64,000 nt of DNA from Patescibacteria group bacterium (GTDB lineage Bacteria > Patescibacteriota > Patescibacteriia > UBA1558 > GWA2-36-10): NCBI GenBank assembly GCA_041665545.1, contig JBAYIQ010000001.1, forward strand, positions 67,495 through 131,494, in the 5' to 3' direction. How positions within the stretch are numbered: the stretch's first letter is position 1; each line of letters opens with the position of its first letter. Both the position numbers and the translations under genes were made by a program. Below the pieces are notes generated by a model. That model had not been told where the DNA came from, did not search any database, and saw nothing but the letters and a program-made list of their open reading frames with translations. Positions 28,348-38,891 of the stretch are shown here, piece after piece.

Positions 28348-29727
28348 TTAGCATAGTAGTATTCGCCAAGCGTAGTAGATATAAAAAAATAGTGGCAAGA
28401 ATAATACCGCATAAAGAATTAATTTATTTTTGATAATTTCTTGGATGGCCAAGTAGGCCGGAATAGTAAATAGTGGATAAGTGTAATAAATAAAATGCGC
28501 TTTCAAAACTCCAGCTTCCAAATATGGCAATCTCAAATTCTGATACAACAAAGCCAACCAACCACCAAACAAAGCAATCAGCCAAAATAATTGGTAATTA
28601 TTTCTGGCAATTTTTTTTCTAAACCATAAATACAAGTATGACAAAAAACCAAACAACCAGCTAACAAAAAATATCAGAGCTAGCCGGTTGGTGTTGAGCA
28701 TAGCCCGCCAATCTTCAGGCGTGGTGTAACGGCCATTGCCAACTAATATTTTACTGTCTTTGGGCAACTCTTCCATTTTTACATAATCATTAAACAAATT
28801 ATAATAATCGCCGAATGAATCGCTCAGTAATATGGAAAAATAAGAATGCGGTAATTTGTACCAATAAGGATAGTCTAAGAAAACATTTTTATTTATTCGG
28901 AAAATATAAGCCAAGGCCTGGCTTTTGACAATACTTTGTCTGGGTTTGGCGTCATAAATATTTATCGTAAAGTAAGACCCAAAATTATTTTTTTTGTAGA
29001 TCAACCACGGAACATTGAGTGTCAGAGGAATAATTATTATAAGCAAAATATATTTCCACAAATATTTTCGTTTAAATAAATGAAAAATAAAAAATACAAG
29101 CGCTGATAATAAAACTACAAAAATTGTTAATTTTATCCACAGACCAATGGCTAACAAAATAGACCATAAAATTATTTTTTTTGTTTTTTGATCTTCTAAT
29201 AAACCATATTTTATAAATAAATAAATTAACAACAAAATATAGGTTTGGGCTAAAAGCTCGTTGTTTATGTAAGCGCTTAATTTTACTCCCACAAAAATAA
29301 CGGAAAACAAAGATACGCTAATGGCGCTAACTAAAGAACTTTTGAAAAACAAACGACTCAACTTCCAAACTAACAACAGAAAAAAGCCATATATTATAAT
29401 ATTCAAAGAAGCGGCCCAAGACATGTTGATGGCCCCAAAAAGCGCATTTATTTTTAACCAAGGATAAAGCAAAGCATAGTAAAACGGCTCGTGCCAAGCC
29501 AAATACGTTTCTGCAAAAAAAGGCAGTCGATGCTGGTAATAAATTGTTTCCATGTATTTGATGTGACCGCCCCCATCATCTGCCCAATAGGTATTATAAT
29601 TTAATACATTGTGTAATCTCAAATAAAACCCAATAGCAACAAAAATCGCCAAAAGTATATAAGGTAAATAATTTTCTATTTTGCTAATAAGCTTATTATT
29701 TTTGATCATAGATTTCCTTGATCTCAC
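28348..29727 (-). CDS. GT-C-fold glycosyltransferase (ArnT/PMT family 39/83-like)
   Basis: 459 aa. The N-terminal TM followed by YWADDGG, and many TM helices, are typical of the ArnT/PMT family. Confidence 0.55.
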   Translation of the reverse strand: MRSRKSMIKNNKLISKIENYLPYILLAIFVAIGFYLRLHNVLNYNTYWADDGGGHIKYMETIYYQHRLPFFAETYLAWHEPFYYALLYPWLKINALFGAINMSWAASLNIIIYGFFLLLVWKLSRLFFKSSLVSAISVSLFSVIFVGVKLSAYINNELLAQTYILLLIYLFIKYGLLEDQKTKKIILWSILLAIGLWIKLTIFVVLLSALVFFIFHLFKRKYLWKYILLIIIIPLTLNVPWLIYKKNNFGSYFTINIYDAKPRQSIVKSQALAYIFRINKNVFLDYPYWYKLPHSYFSILLSDSFGDYYNLFNDYVKMEELPKDSKILVGNGRYTTPEDWRAMLNTNRLALIFFVSWLFGFLSYLYLWFRKKIARNNYQLFWLIALFGGWLALLYQNLRLPYLEAGVLKAHFIYYTYPLFTIPAYLAIQEIIKNKLILYAVLFLPLFFYIYYAWRILLC

Positions 29728-30805
29728 TAGCCATTTTTTCCCAACTATATTTTTTTACTAAATCATGCCCTTTTGATATCAATTTATCTTTAAGTGTTTG
29801 GTTTTTGACAATAATTTCTAACTTGTTCACCAGGTCTTGCTGGCTAGTTGGATCAAAATACAAGGCCGCGTCTCCTAAGACCTCTGGCAGGCAGCTGGAA
29901 CGGCTGGAAACAACGACTGTGCCGTGTTGCATAGACTCTAGTGGTGGCAGACCAAATCCTTCATATAAAGAAGGAAAAACAAAGGCCCTGGCTTGCTTGT
30001 AGTATGAGGCCAGCTCTAAATCTGGCACAAAACCCTTATAAATAATTTTATCGGCAATATCTTTATGATTTTGTTTAATATATTGCTCTAGACGATTATA
30101 AAAATAATTTCGCTTGCCTACTAAAATTAGAAAATAATCTGGATAATACTTAAGATACTCGGCAAAAGCATCAACTAGAAATTCCAGATTTTTGTGCGGA
30201 TAAGCCACGCCAACATACAGAAAAAAATTAGCTGGTAATTTTATATCTAAATTCTGATCAGTGTTTTTGAAAGAAACTCCCTCATAAATAACTTTTATTT
30301 TCTCGGCCTGCTTAGTTGATAATTTAAAATATTCCACAATATCTTGCTTGGTAAATTTTGACACAGCAATTATTTTGTCAGCTTTATGGATAGCATTTTT
30401 TATTGTCAGATTATAAGCCCAACGTTTGATATAAAAAGTAAAGCGTCCTAAAGTGCTGGCTTTTATACTAGGAAAATGCGACACAATAAGATCATGTATA
30501 GTAATGACATATTTACCACGATACAATATTGGGACATTAAAATGCGGAAAGTGTACTAGGTCTGGCTTCAAGCTGTAAATAAGCAAGGGCAACAAAAGTT
30601 GCTCGCTCAAACTATACCACTTTATATTAACGATCTTAATTGTAAAATTTTTGGGTAAATCAGTTTTTGGTGAAAAATCGCGCCTTAAAATTATGTACTC
30701 GTTTTCCTGATCAATTTTTACTAAATTTTCTAACAATTTTTGATTGTAGCGCCCTAAACCGCCGCACTCTGGCCCAAAAATTCTAAAATCTAAAATAATT
30801 TTCAT
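29696..30805 (-). CDS. Glycosyltransferase family 4
   Basis: EGFGLPPLESMQHGTVVVSS E-X7-E motif. 369 aa. Confidence 0.8.
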   Translation of the reverse strand: MKIILDFRIFGPECGGLGRYNQKLLENLVKIDQENEYIILRRDFSPKTDLPKNFTIKIVNIKWYSLSEQLLLPLLIYSLKPDLVHFPHFNVPILYRGKYVITIHDLIVSHFPSIKASTLGRFTFYIKRWAYNLTIKNAIHKADKIIAVSKFTKQDIVEYFKLSTKQAEKIKVIYEGVSFKNTDQNLDIKLPANFFLYVGVAYPHKNLEFLVDAFAEYLKYYPDYFLILVGKRNYFYNRLEQYIKQNHKDIADKIIYKGFVPDLELASYYKQARAFVFPSLYEGFGLPPLESMQHGTVVVSSRSSCLPEVLGDAALYFDPTSQQDLVNKLEIIVKNQTLKDKLISKGHDLVKKYSWEKMASEIKEIYDQK

Positions 30806-30911
30806 CCGGTTAGAAATTTAAATAATTAAATCTTTGCTTACCAAGGTAAAATTTTGATAAATATTTTTTACACATATTATTAAATATTATTTTGTGAATT
30901 TCTAACCGGAA

Positions 30912-32027
30912 TCATTTTTGTTTAACAATTTTGTTAAATATATTTAAAATCTCAAGCCCCTGATTTGGCCACTCCGGCAAATCGAAGCTATCAGTAGTCA
31001 AAGATAAATATAGCTGTTGATCCTCAACCAGTGTCTTCATAGCCATATACATATCCGAAACGCTGTAAGGATCCACATAAATAGCTTGATTGCGCAAAGT
31101 TTCTGGTAGCGAGGTTTTGAAACTGGAAATTACTGGTTTTTTGTGCGCCAGGGCTTCTAAAGGAGGAAAACCAAACCCTTCATAAAATGACGGCCAAATA
31201 AAAGCATAACTTAACTTGTAAATCGCGTCTTTGACTGGCGTTTTTTGGTAACCCAAATATTTGATATAATCACGCTTTTTTATATCACGCAATAATTTGG
31301 AATACATCCAACCGCGATCACCAACTAAAACCAACTTGTACTCAGGGTGTTCGCTATGCAGACGATCAAAGGCCTTGATTAGACCGGAAATATTTTTTCT
31401 GGGCTCTAGGGTGCCGACATGCAAAAAATATTTGGCTGGCAAATTCAGATGTTGAGTAATCTCTTTTGCTTCAGTGCTAGTTATTTTTTGATAATCTACC
31501 CCCGGATAAACAACAAAAATTTTGTCTTCGGCAATAGAAAAAAATCTAACAATATCTCGCTTGGTATTTTCGGAGACTACAATTATGGCCCTGGCTTGAT
31601 CTATTAATTTTTTTACATTGATTAATCTATGCCAAACTTTCATTTTTAGTGAATAAAAAGAATGGCTATGTAAAAAAGAAAGATCGTGCACCGTAAGTAC
31701 AAAGGGCAAGTTTTTTTTGGGCTTAAAAAAGTTTATATTTGGCAACCATAGCAAGTCAACATCATGATCAATCACATCGGTGATTGATGGGCCAAAACCA
31801 AAAATGCTGGCCATATTAATTAACTTATTCGGTAATTTTAGATGTGATAACTTTACTCTTTCGTTAAACACAAAACCGGAATTTGTTTCTTTTGTACCGG
31901 AATTTATCAACTGCCAAGATACTGACTCGTCTATCTTAAATAAATTATTAAGTGAATTATAAAGATAATAGCCGACGCCAGTCAGATTTTTTGACCCCAA
32001 CGATCTGATGTCAACCGCTATTTTCAT
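30912..32027 (-). CDS. Glycosyltransferase family 4
   Basis: EGFGFPPLEALAHKKPVISS motif. Confidence 0.8.
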   Translation of the reverse strand: MKIAVDIRSLGSKNLTGVGYYLYNSLNNLFKIDESVSWQLINSGTKETNSGFVFNERVKLSHLKLPNKLINMASIFGFGPSITDVIDHDVDLLWLPNINFFKPKKNLPFVLTVHDLSFLHSHSFYSLKMKVWHRLINVKKLIDQARAIIVVSENTKRDIVRFFSIAEDKIFVVYPGVDYQKITSTEAKEITQHLNLPAKYFLHVGTLEPRKNISGLIKAFDRLHSEHPEYKLVLVGDRGWMYSKLLRDIKKRDYIKYLGYQKTPVKDAIYKLSYAFIWPSFYEGFGFPPLEALAHKKPVISSFKTSLPETLRNQAIYVDPYSVSDMYMAMKTLVEDQQLYLSLTTDSFDLPEWPNQGLEILNIFNKIVKQK

Positions 32028-33127
32028 AACTTATCAATATATTCCTGCAAACGAGAAATAAAAATCGCTTCATCAAATTGCAAAGCATGAGCGCGAACAA
32101 GCGCTGGATCAAAATCATGCTCATTGAACCTCAAAACGCAGTGAGCCAAAGACTCCCAAGTCTGTTCATTGAAAAACACGCCCGAAAGCCCCTCTTTGAC
32201 AGTTTCCACTGCCCCACCGGCTTTTAGGGCTATTACTGGACGCCCAGAAGCCATAGCTTCTACGGCACTAATGCCAAAATCCTCTACTTGAGGATAAATA
32301 AACGCCCGACAGTGAGATAAATAATAATTTCTTTTGTTATCGGACAATTCTCCTAAAAATTCAATATTACTATTGGCCATTTTTTTTAATTTCCGCAATT
32401 CCGAACCAGAGCCAATTATTTTTAAAGGTAGCTTCAAATTATTAAAAGCCCGAATTGCCAAATCAACTTTTTTATATGGTCGCAAGCGACTGACTATCAA
32501 ATAATAATCCCCCACCTCAGAGCTTATCTGAAAATCTTTTGTCCGAACAGGCGGATATATGATTGTCGCTTCGCGATTGTATTGTTTTTTTATTTTATCG
32601 GCAATGTGCTGAGAGATAGTTATAAAATGGTCAACTTTTTGAGCTTTAGCATAATCCCATTTTTTCAAACTATCCAACAATTCTGGCCACAGTATTTTAA
32701 GCAAGCGACCTTCTGGCAAATTATCAAGATATTCTTCTTTGTCCTCCCACAAATACCTAGTCGGAGCATAGCAGTAACAAACATGCCTAAGATTTTGGCT
32801 TGTGGCAATGCCTTTTACTAAACCCGAACAAGAGCTAATTAATAAATCAACATCTTGAACTTTGGTCTGCTCCCATATTTTTGGCATCAAGGGCAAGTAG
32901 TATTTAAAAAAATGCTCAATGCCTGGAATTTTCTGCAATGATGAAGTCAATATTCTATCCTGAGGCAATAAGCTTTGAGTAATTTTTTTTATATTAACCA
33001 AAGTATAAATTGGCGCCGTTGGATACATGGATGCCAAAACAGTTAGCACGCGCTCAGCACCACCTATTTGAAATAAATGATCGTGGGCTAGAGACATTTT
33101 TAGATTAATTTTATTAACAGGCCTCAT
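32024..33127 (-). CDS. Glycosyltransferase family 4
   Basis: EDFGISAVEAMASGRPVIA motif. Confidence 0.8.
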   Translation of the reverse strand: MRPVNKINLKMSLAHDHLFQIGGAERVLTVLASMYPTAPIYTLVNIKKITQSLLPQDRILTSSLQKIPGIEHFFKYYLPLMPKIWEQTKVQDVDLLISSCSGLVKGIATSQNLRHVCYCYAPTRYLWEDKEEYLDNLPEGRLLKILWPELLDSLKKWDYAKAQKVDHFITISQHIADKIKKQYNREATIIYPPVRTKDFQISSEVGDYYLIVSRLRPYKKVDLAIRAFNNLKLPLKIIGSGSELRKLKKMANSNIEFLGELSDNKRNYYLSHCRAFIYPQVEDFGISAVEAMASGRPVIALKAGGAVETVKEGLSGVFFNEQTWESLAHCVLRFNEHDFDPALVRAHALQFDEAIFISRLQEYIDKL

Positions 33128-34505
33128 CTTTTTTGAAAAGAGCTTTGGGTGTTTTTAATAAAATTATCAAATCCAATAATATTGACCAATTTTCAATATA
33201 AAATATATCTAGCTTAGCTTCATCGCTAAACAACAAATTAGAACGACCAGAAACTTGGGCCATACCAGTAATACCTGGTTTGATGGTCAGCAATTTACGA
33301 TATCCTCGTTGATATTGGGAAACCTCCTCGGGTTCATGTGGTCTTGGACCAACCAAACTCATTTGGCCCTTGAGTACATTATAAAGCTGAGGCAATTCAT
33401 CTAAGCTGGTGCGACGTAAAAATTTGCCAAGTTTAGTCACTCGCGGATCATTTTTCATCTTAAACAAAGGGCCATCAACTCGCTCATTAAGTGGCTTAAC
33501 TTCATCCTTAAGAAGATGGGCATCCTTGACCATAGACCTAAACTTATATATTTCAAAAACTTTTCCTTTTTGCCCCACTCTCTTGAGGCGCACAATAATT
33601 GGACCAGAAGAAGACAAGGCCACACTCATAGCAATAATAACTAAAAATGGCGACAAAACTACCATAAACAAAAAAGCTAAACACAAATCAAAAATTCTTT
33701 TGTACACTCTCCGCCAACCGTCAAGCGGTGTGCCCTTGATCTCAATCAATGGCAAGCCAAAAATACTATTGAGTTCCAAGTTCAAACTCTGAGCTTGAAA
33801 TAAATTGGCAATGTATTTCAAATTGATATGATTTTCTTGGCAGAAAGTCAGCAAATCAAGAGCTTCATCTTTGTCCATAGAAGAATCAGTCTGCATGATA
33901 TATTCCACTTGTTGATCCTTGATAATGGTTTTGGGATCACCGGCATTTTTTAGTTGCGCTAGATTGTCATATTGGCCAACAATTTTGTAACCCAATGTCT
34001 TATTTTTGTTGTAGGCGTCAATAATAAGATCAGTATCAGCCGCGCGACCAACAATAATGACTGCCGACAATCCGCGTCCCAATTTCAAAAAATAATTTTT
34101 GACCAATATGACTATGATACGAACCAGCAACAAATATACAATAGCCAAAACCCAAGCCGAAATAATAATAAATCTGGAAGCAAATAATTCTCGCTGAAAG
34201 AAAATAGCTAAAATCAAAAAAATCACCGTGGTGGAAACTCCGGAAATTATCCGCGGTAATTCACTGACAATCTTTTTTGACCGCATGGTATAAAAACCAG
34301 ACCAAGCAAAAACAAAAATCGCCAGCAGAGCGATTTGCAAAATTATGTGAAAATAATCTAAAAAGGCCAACTCAAAAGTGGCTGGTCGAATCTGAATAAT
34401 TCCGGCTGAAAAACGAAGATAGTAAGCCGAAATTGCCGCCAAAACAATGGTGACATAATCAATCGGTACTAAAGCAATATTTATTATAAAATCAGCTTTT
34501 TTCAT
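33114..34505 (-). CDS. Polyprenyl-phosphate sugar phosphotransferase (WbaP/bacterial sugar transferase family)
   Basis: C-terminal KFRSM...DELPQLYNVLKGQMSLVGPRP motif. N-terminal multi-TM. Confidence 0.85.
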   Translation of the reverse strand: MKKADFIINIALVPIDYVTIVLAAISAYYLRFSAGIIQIRPATFELAFLDYFHIILQIALLAIFVFAWSGFYTMRSKKIVSELPRIISGVSTTVIFLILAIFFQRELFASRFIIISAWVLAIVYLLLVRIIVILVKNYFLKLGRGLSAVIIVGRAADTDLIIDAYNKNKTLGYKIVGQYDNLAQLKNAGDPKTIIKDQQVEYIMQTDSSMDKDEALDLLTFCQENHINLKYIANLFQAQSLNLELNSIFGLPLIEIKGTPLDGWRRVYKRIFDLCLAFLFMVVLSPFLVIIAMSVALSSSGPIIVRLKRVGQKGKVFEIYKFRSMVKDAHLLKDEVKPLNERVDGPLFKMKNDPRVTKLGKFLRRTSLDELPQLYNVLKGQMSLVGPRPHEPEEVSQYQRGYRKLLTIKPGITGMAQVSGRSNLLFSDEAKLDIFYIENWSILLDLIILLKTPKALFKKDEAC

Positions 34506-34563
34506 ACATTTTGAAGCTTGACTTTATAATAACAAGATTAGGATAAATAGTAAAATATTAAAA

Positions 34564-35029
34564 TGTCTAAATAACCCTGTAAGCCGAATTCTGTCGAGGA
34601 TGATCATCTATCTAGGCCCATGATTGCTCATGGGCTCAAGCGGTTTACCCGCCCCTTGATTTCTCTCAGGGCCTATTTAACCTTTCACCGAGTAGAGTTT
34701 ACCTCTTTTGCTTTGTCACCAAAGTAACGTGTCAGCTCATTATCTGACAATTTCACCCTTACCCATTTGACTCAGCCTTGCGGCTTCGCTCAGGGAGGAA
34801 TATTTTCTGTTGTACTTGTCTTGACTCTTGAGTCACCTCTCAAGCCAGTTGACGTTATCAACTACCCGCCCCGCAAGCGGAGCCATTGGTGTTCGGACTT
34901 TCCTCCCTGAACCACTCACTCCGTTCGGGTATCAGGGCCGAAGCCCTTTTACATTATTACGGCGTGAGCCGTGTACCCGAGCAAAGCGAGTGGTTCACGG
35001 CGATCATCTGGGTTATTTAGACGATTATT
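34564..35029 (-). ncRNA. rnpB: RNase P RNA, bacterial type A
   Basis: On the minus strand: GGGAGGAAAGTCCGAACAC (P4 5' strand), ACAGAAAATA, GGGTAAGGGTGAAA, ACAGAATTCGGCTTACAGGG (P4 3' strand), and a P1 helix CGTCTAAATAACCC/GGGTTATTTAGACA. Confidence 0.85.
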
Positions 35030-35082
35030 ATAATACAATAAAATTAACTATTTGTCAACAATAAAATCCGCCTTAAATACGC

Positions 35083-36255
35083 CTAACTCTTCTCTTTTTC
35101 TTTATCCCTTTCTTCTACAAACCGCATCACCTCTTCATGGGTCATTTGTTTAGGCCAATATAGATTACCTTTAATATCATAAATGGGCAGTAATCTATCT
35201 TGATTTGTCTGCTGGCTTGTTTCCAAAACAACTTGCGCGAGTTTTTGAGCATGTTCAGCGTTTCTCTGTGGGTCTTCGTCATAAACAAAAAACTCATAAC
35301 AATTGTCCCAAATAATCTCGCATGCCTTTCGCAATTTATCTCTATCGTGCAAATTATTTTGTGTAGTATCATCTAGCCAATTTTCCATTAATTTTTGTTT
35401 CTCCTTTAGGTACGAATGCCCGTCAATAGTGTGGTCATTTATCGCTTGAAAAAATTTAATTACAAGGGCAATAAAATTTTTCAGCTTCTTAATTTCTTCC
35501 TCGGAATATTTTTCTCCCAACATTGCCTCTAAACCCTGTTTTAATTCCGCCTCGTTCATATTTCTCTTCAATTTAAAGACTACGCCTTGCAAAAATCTCG
35601 GCGCTATTCTTTCTTTGGTAAAATATCCGTCAGTAGTCTCTGGGTATTCTTGGGGATCATCACCAATTTCAGTAGTTTTTCCAGTATGCATGTTATGCAC
35701 TTGATTATTTTTCAGAAGATGCTCCAGATCAAATAAAATAACCAGACCATCCTGACTGGCCATGTTGGGAAAGTTTTCTGCAATTTTTTTTTCAGGAGGG
35801 CAGGTTCCAAAATTTCGTGGGTCACCCATTCTGCTGACTACTTCGCGCGGTGAGGAAAGGTGGCTATACACACATTTACCCATAACGTTGAAATTTATCA
35901 AAAGAGGACGATGTTTTTTTCTATTGCCTTTATAATTTTTGGCCCAAATATTGGCCATTTCCTGCGCATTGTTCGCATTAAGCGCATCATCGTTGCCATA
36001 AGGAAAAGCCAACAAACCACTGTTTAAAACTGACTTTAATGCTAATAAATCATTATCACCACTAGTTGAGTTTAAAAATTTGGGGCTACCGAGAAATCCA
36101 ATTCCATGATATGCAGTCCAGACGGAATTAATATCTCGCACCTTTTTCATTATCATCTCAATAGTTTCTGGTGGAAGTTCGTTTTCCGAGTGTTCGGGTG
36201 TGTTTTCTCTGTCAGGTTGTGATGATAAAACTTGTAATGGTTTTTCATGGGTCAT
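35083..36255 (-). CDS. Hypothetical soluble protein (390 aa)
   Basis: ORF between rnpB and a GT4 gene. No motif recognised. Confidence 0.5.
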   Translation of the reverse strand: MTHEKPLQVLSSQPDRENTPEHSENELPPETIEMIMKKVRDINSVWTAYHGIGFLGSPKFLNSTSGDNDLLALKSVLNSGLLAFPYGNDDALNANNAQEMANIWAKNYKGNRKKHRPLLINFNVMGKCVYSHLSSPREVVSRMGDPRNFGTCPPEKKIAENFPNMASQDGLVILFDLEHLLKNNQVHNMHTGKTTEIGDDPQEYPETTDGYFTKERIAPRFLQGVVFKLKRNMNEAELKQGLEAMLGEKYSEEEIKKLKNFIALVIKFFQAINDHTIDGHSYLKEKQKLMENWLDDTTQNNLHDRDKLRKACEIIWDNCYEFFVYDEDPQRNAEHAQKLAQVVLETSQQTNQDRLLPIYDIKGNLYWPKQMTHEEVMRFVEERDKEKEKS

Positions 36256-37367
36256 ATTGTTTTTTTAAATGAATGGCCAACAATAAAATCCAATGACTCT
36301 CTGGCGCATTTTGTCCAAGAGAATTTTTTGACGCGAGCAAGGCCAGTGTTTATAAGCTGTCCTTGCAATACAGAGTCTTCTGCCAGGCGATTAATGGCTT
36401 TGGCTATATCTGTAATATTGTTGGGATCAAAATATATGGCGCACTCGCCGGCTACCTCATGCAAGACTGGCAAATCCGAGCAGATAATAGGTACACCGCA
36501 AGCCATGGCCTCCAAAAGTGGAATGCCAAAGCCCTCAAACTTGGAAGGAAAAACAAAAGCGCTGGCCGCGCCCATCAAACGCACATAATCTTTTTGGCTA
36601 ACATAACCCAAAACTGAAACACTTGACTTCAGCTCCGGATCGGACAAAAGTTCATTTATTTCTTGAATGCCGTGACGACCGGCAGAACCGGCCAAAACCA
36701 AATGCCATTTTTTATTGCTCAACTTATAGGCCCGTAAAAGATTCTGAATATTTTTTTTGGTTTCTAGGCGTCCAATATACAAAATATAATTTTTTGGTAA
36801 ATCAAATTTTTGCTTAATTTCTTCTTTTTCTATTTCTGGCAAAATTTTGAACTGCTGATCATCAAATCCCAAATATATTACTTTGATTTTATCCTTGGCT
36901 TGGGGAAAATAATAAATCAAATCTTTTTTGGTAGCTTCTGATGGCACTATGATTTTCTGCGCCTGCCGGACACCAAAGTAATGCGCTAACTTGTGATAGG
37001 GCAAGGCAAGTGGATGATATAATTTGGGGTTGCGCAAGAATCCCAAATCATGAACTGTATAAACCATTTTCCCGCGATGAAAAAATGGCACAGCATTAGT
37101 AGCAAAAAAAATATCCACTGGTTTGATTACTAGCTCTAAGCCCAAACGCAAATTGGTCCATAATTTTTTGAAAGGCCACTGCAAGCGTCTAAAAATAAAA
37201 TTATCAGCGCCCTCAGACAGCGCCGACTCTAATTCCTGATTATAATACAAAACAAACTTGTGGGGAGTGTTTATTTTTTTAAATTCTTGAATAATATGCC
37301 AAGCATACCACTCGGTTCCAGTTTTGTGCCGGTGATTAGCGCGAGTTGCTTCTAAACCAATAATCAT
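36252..37367 (-). CDS. Glycosyltransferase family 4
   Basis: EGFGIPLLEAMACGVPIICS motif. Confidence 0.8.
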   Translation of the reverse strand: MIIGLEATRANHRHKTGTEWYAWHIIQEFKKINTPHKFVLYYNQELESALSEGADNFIFRRLQWPFKKLWTNLRLGLELVIKPVDIFFATNAVPFFHRGKMVYTVHDLGFLRNPKLYHPLALPYHKLAHYFGVRQAQKIIVPSEATKKDLIYYFPQAKDKIKVIYLGFDDQQFKILPEIEKEEIKQKFDLPKNYILYIGRLETKKNIQNLLRAYKLSNKKWHLVLAGSAGRHGIQEINELLSDPELKSSVSVLGYVSQKDYVRLMGAASAFVFPSKFEGFGIPLLEAMACGVPIICSDLPVLHEVAGECAIYFDPNNITDIAKAINRLAEDSVLQGQLINTGLARVKKFSWTKCARESLDFIVGHSFKKTI

Positions 37368-37368
37368 A

Positions 37369-38385
37369 TTATTTAGCCGATAAAATGCTTCTTTTGTATG
37401 ACTCTAAATTTTCCAAAGCAATACCAGTACCGCGAGCCACACACAATAGTGAATCCTCAGCTACATAGGCTGGCACACCAGTGGCTTGCGATAATAATTT
37501 GTCCATATTTCGAAGCAAAGCTGTACCACCAGATAAGACCATGCCCTTATCCATAATATCAGCCGATAGTTCTGGAGGCGTCTGATAAAGCACAGATTTC
37601 ACAGCGGTTATCAGGCCCTGTAATTCATTTTGTAAGGCCTCTGTGACATCATCCGAGCTGACCATAATAGTCCGTGGCAAACCAGTCAGCATATCGCGTC
37701 CTTTGACATCCATGTATAGTTTCTCACCTTTGGGTAAATATTGCGCTGAACCAATTTTAATTTTTACTTCTTCGGCTGATCTTTCACCAATAGCCAAATT
37801 ATATTTCTTTTTTACATATTCACCAATAGCGGCATCGTATTTATTGCCACCGATGCGCACTGAAGTATTGGCCACTATGCCACCCAAAGATATGACAGCA
37901 ATTTCACTGGTACCGCCACCCATATCTACTATCATGTGTCCGGAAGCCGAGCCAATAGGAATGTCCGCGCCGATGGCAGCGGCAATCGGCTCTTTGATAA
38001 TAAAAGCTGCCTTGGCTCCAGCAGCTAGCGTCGCGTCAATCACTGCTCGGCGCTCCGTAGAAGTGATGCCAGCCGGCACGGCAATCATTACTTCGGGCCG
38101 GAATATTTTTATGCCACCTACGGCTTTGTTGATAAAATAACGCAACATGCTCTCGGTGGTTTTGTAGTCAGCTATTACGCCATTTTTCAAAGGACGCGTG
38201 GCAATTATAGAATCAGGTGTGCGACCAATCATTTCTCTGGCTTCATCGCCCACGGCTAAAACTTTTTTATCAAAAACTGAAATAGCAACCACGCTGGGCT
38301 CATTGATGACAATGCCTCTTTTTGGCACATAAACCAAAGTATAGGTAGTGCCTAGGTCTATTCCAATTTTTTTTACAAAAATCAT
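37369..38385 (-). CDS. mreB: Rod-shape-determining protein MreB (copy 1)
   Basis: GIDLGTTYTLVYV and DMGGGTSEIAVISLGGI actin-fold motifs. Confidence 0.85.
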   Translation of the reverse strand: MIFVKKIGIDLGTTYTLVYVPKRGIVINEPSVVAISVFDKKVLAVGDEAREMIGRTPDSIIATRPLKNGVIADYKTTESMLRYFINKAVGGIKIFRPEVMIAVPAGITSTERRAVIDATLAAGAKAAFIIKEPIAAAIGADIPIGSASGHMIVDMGGGTSEIAVISLGGIVANTSVRIGGNKYDAAIGEYVKKKYNLAIGERSAEEVKIKIGSAQYLPKGEKLYMDVKGRDMLTGLPRTIMVSSDDVTEALQNELQGLITAVKSVLYQTPPELSADIMDKGMVLSGGTALLRNMDKLLSQATGVPAYVAEDSLLCVARGTGIALENLESYKRSILSAK

Positions 38386-38852
38386 TTAATAGTAACTATT
38401 TTATACTGTGCCAAACCATTAGGCAGTTTGACTTCAATCTCATCACCGACCTTGTGACCAAGCAAGGCCTGGCCCATGGGTGATTCATGTGAAATTTTTT
38501 TATTTACTGGATCAGCTTCGGTACTACCAACAATGGTAAAACTCATTTTTTGATTATTTTTCTCCACCTCTACGTGTGAACCAATGCCAATCAACTGTCC
38601 GTGTCCACTAGTCTCGGCCACTACGGCTGTTTTAATCAATGCTTCCAATTGCATAATCCGCCCCTCAATAAAACCCTGTTGCTCTTTGGCTTCTTGGTAT
38701 TCAGCATTTTCCGAGAGATCGCCAAACTCCTTGGCCGACTTGATGCGATCAGCCACTTCTTTGCGCTTAAAATTCTTTAATTCATCTAATTCACGAATTA
38801 AATTATTTAAACCTTCTTGTGTAAAAACTTTTTTTTCCTCTTTTTCTTCCAT
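38382..38852 (-). CDS. greA: Transcription elongation factor GreA
   Basis: 156 aa. GDLSENAEY acidic tip. C-terminal FKBP-like domain. Confidence 0.85.
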   Translation of the reverse strand: MEEKEEKKVFTQEGLNNLIRELDELKNFKRKEVADRIKSAKEFGDLSENAEYQEAKEQQGFIEGRIMQLEALIKTAVVAETSGHGQLIGIGSHVEVEKNNQKMSFTIVGSTEADPVNKKISHESPMGQALLGHKVGDEIEVKLPNGLAQYKIVTIK

Positions 38853-38891
38853 ATTTTATTATATATTGATTATTACTTTCATCTTAACAAA

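Noticed and set aside
34828-35064. 78-aa plus-strand ORF
   Set aside because: It overlaps the RNase P RNA gene on the opposite strand almost entirely, so it is a spurious ORF inside a structured RNA.
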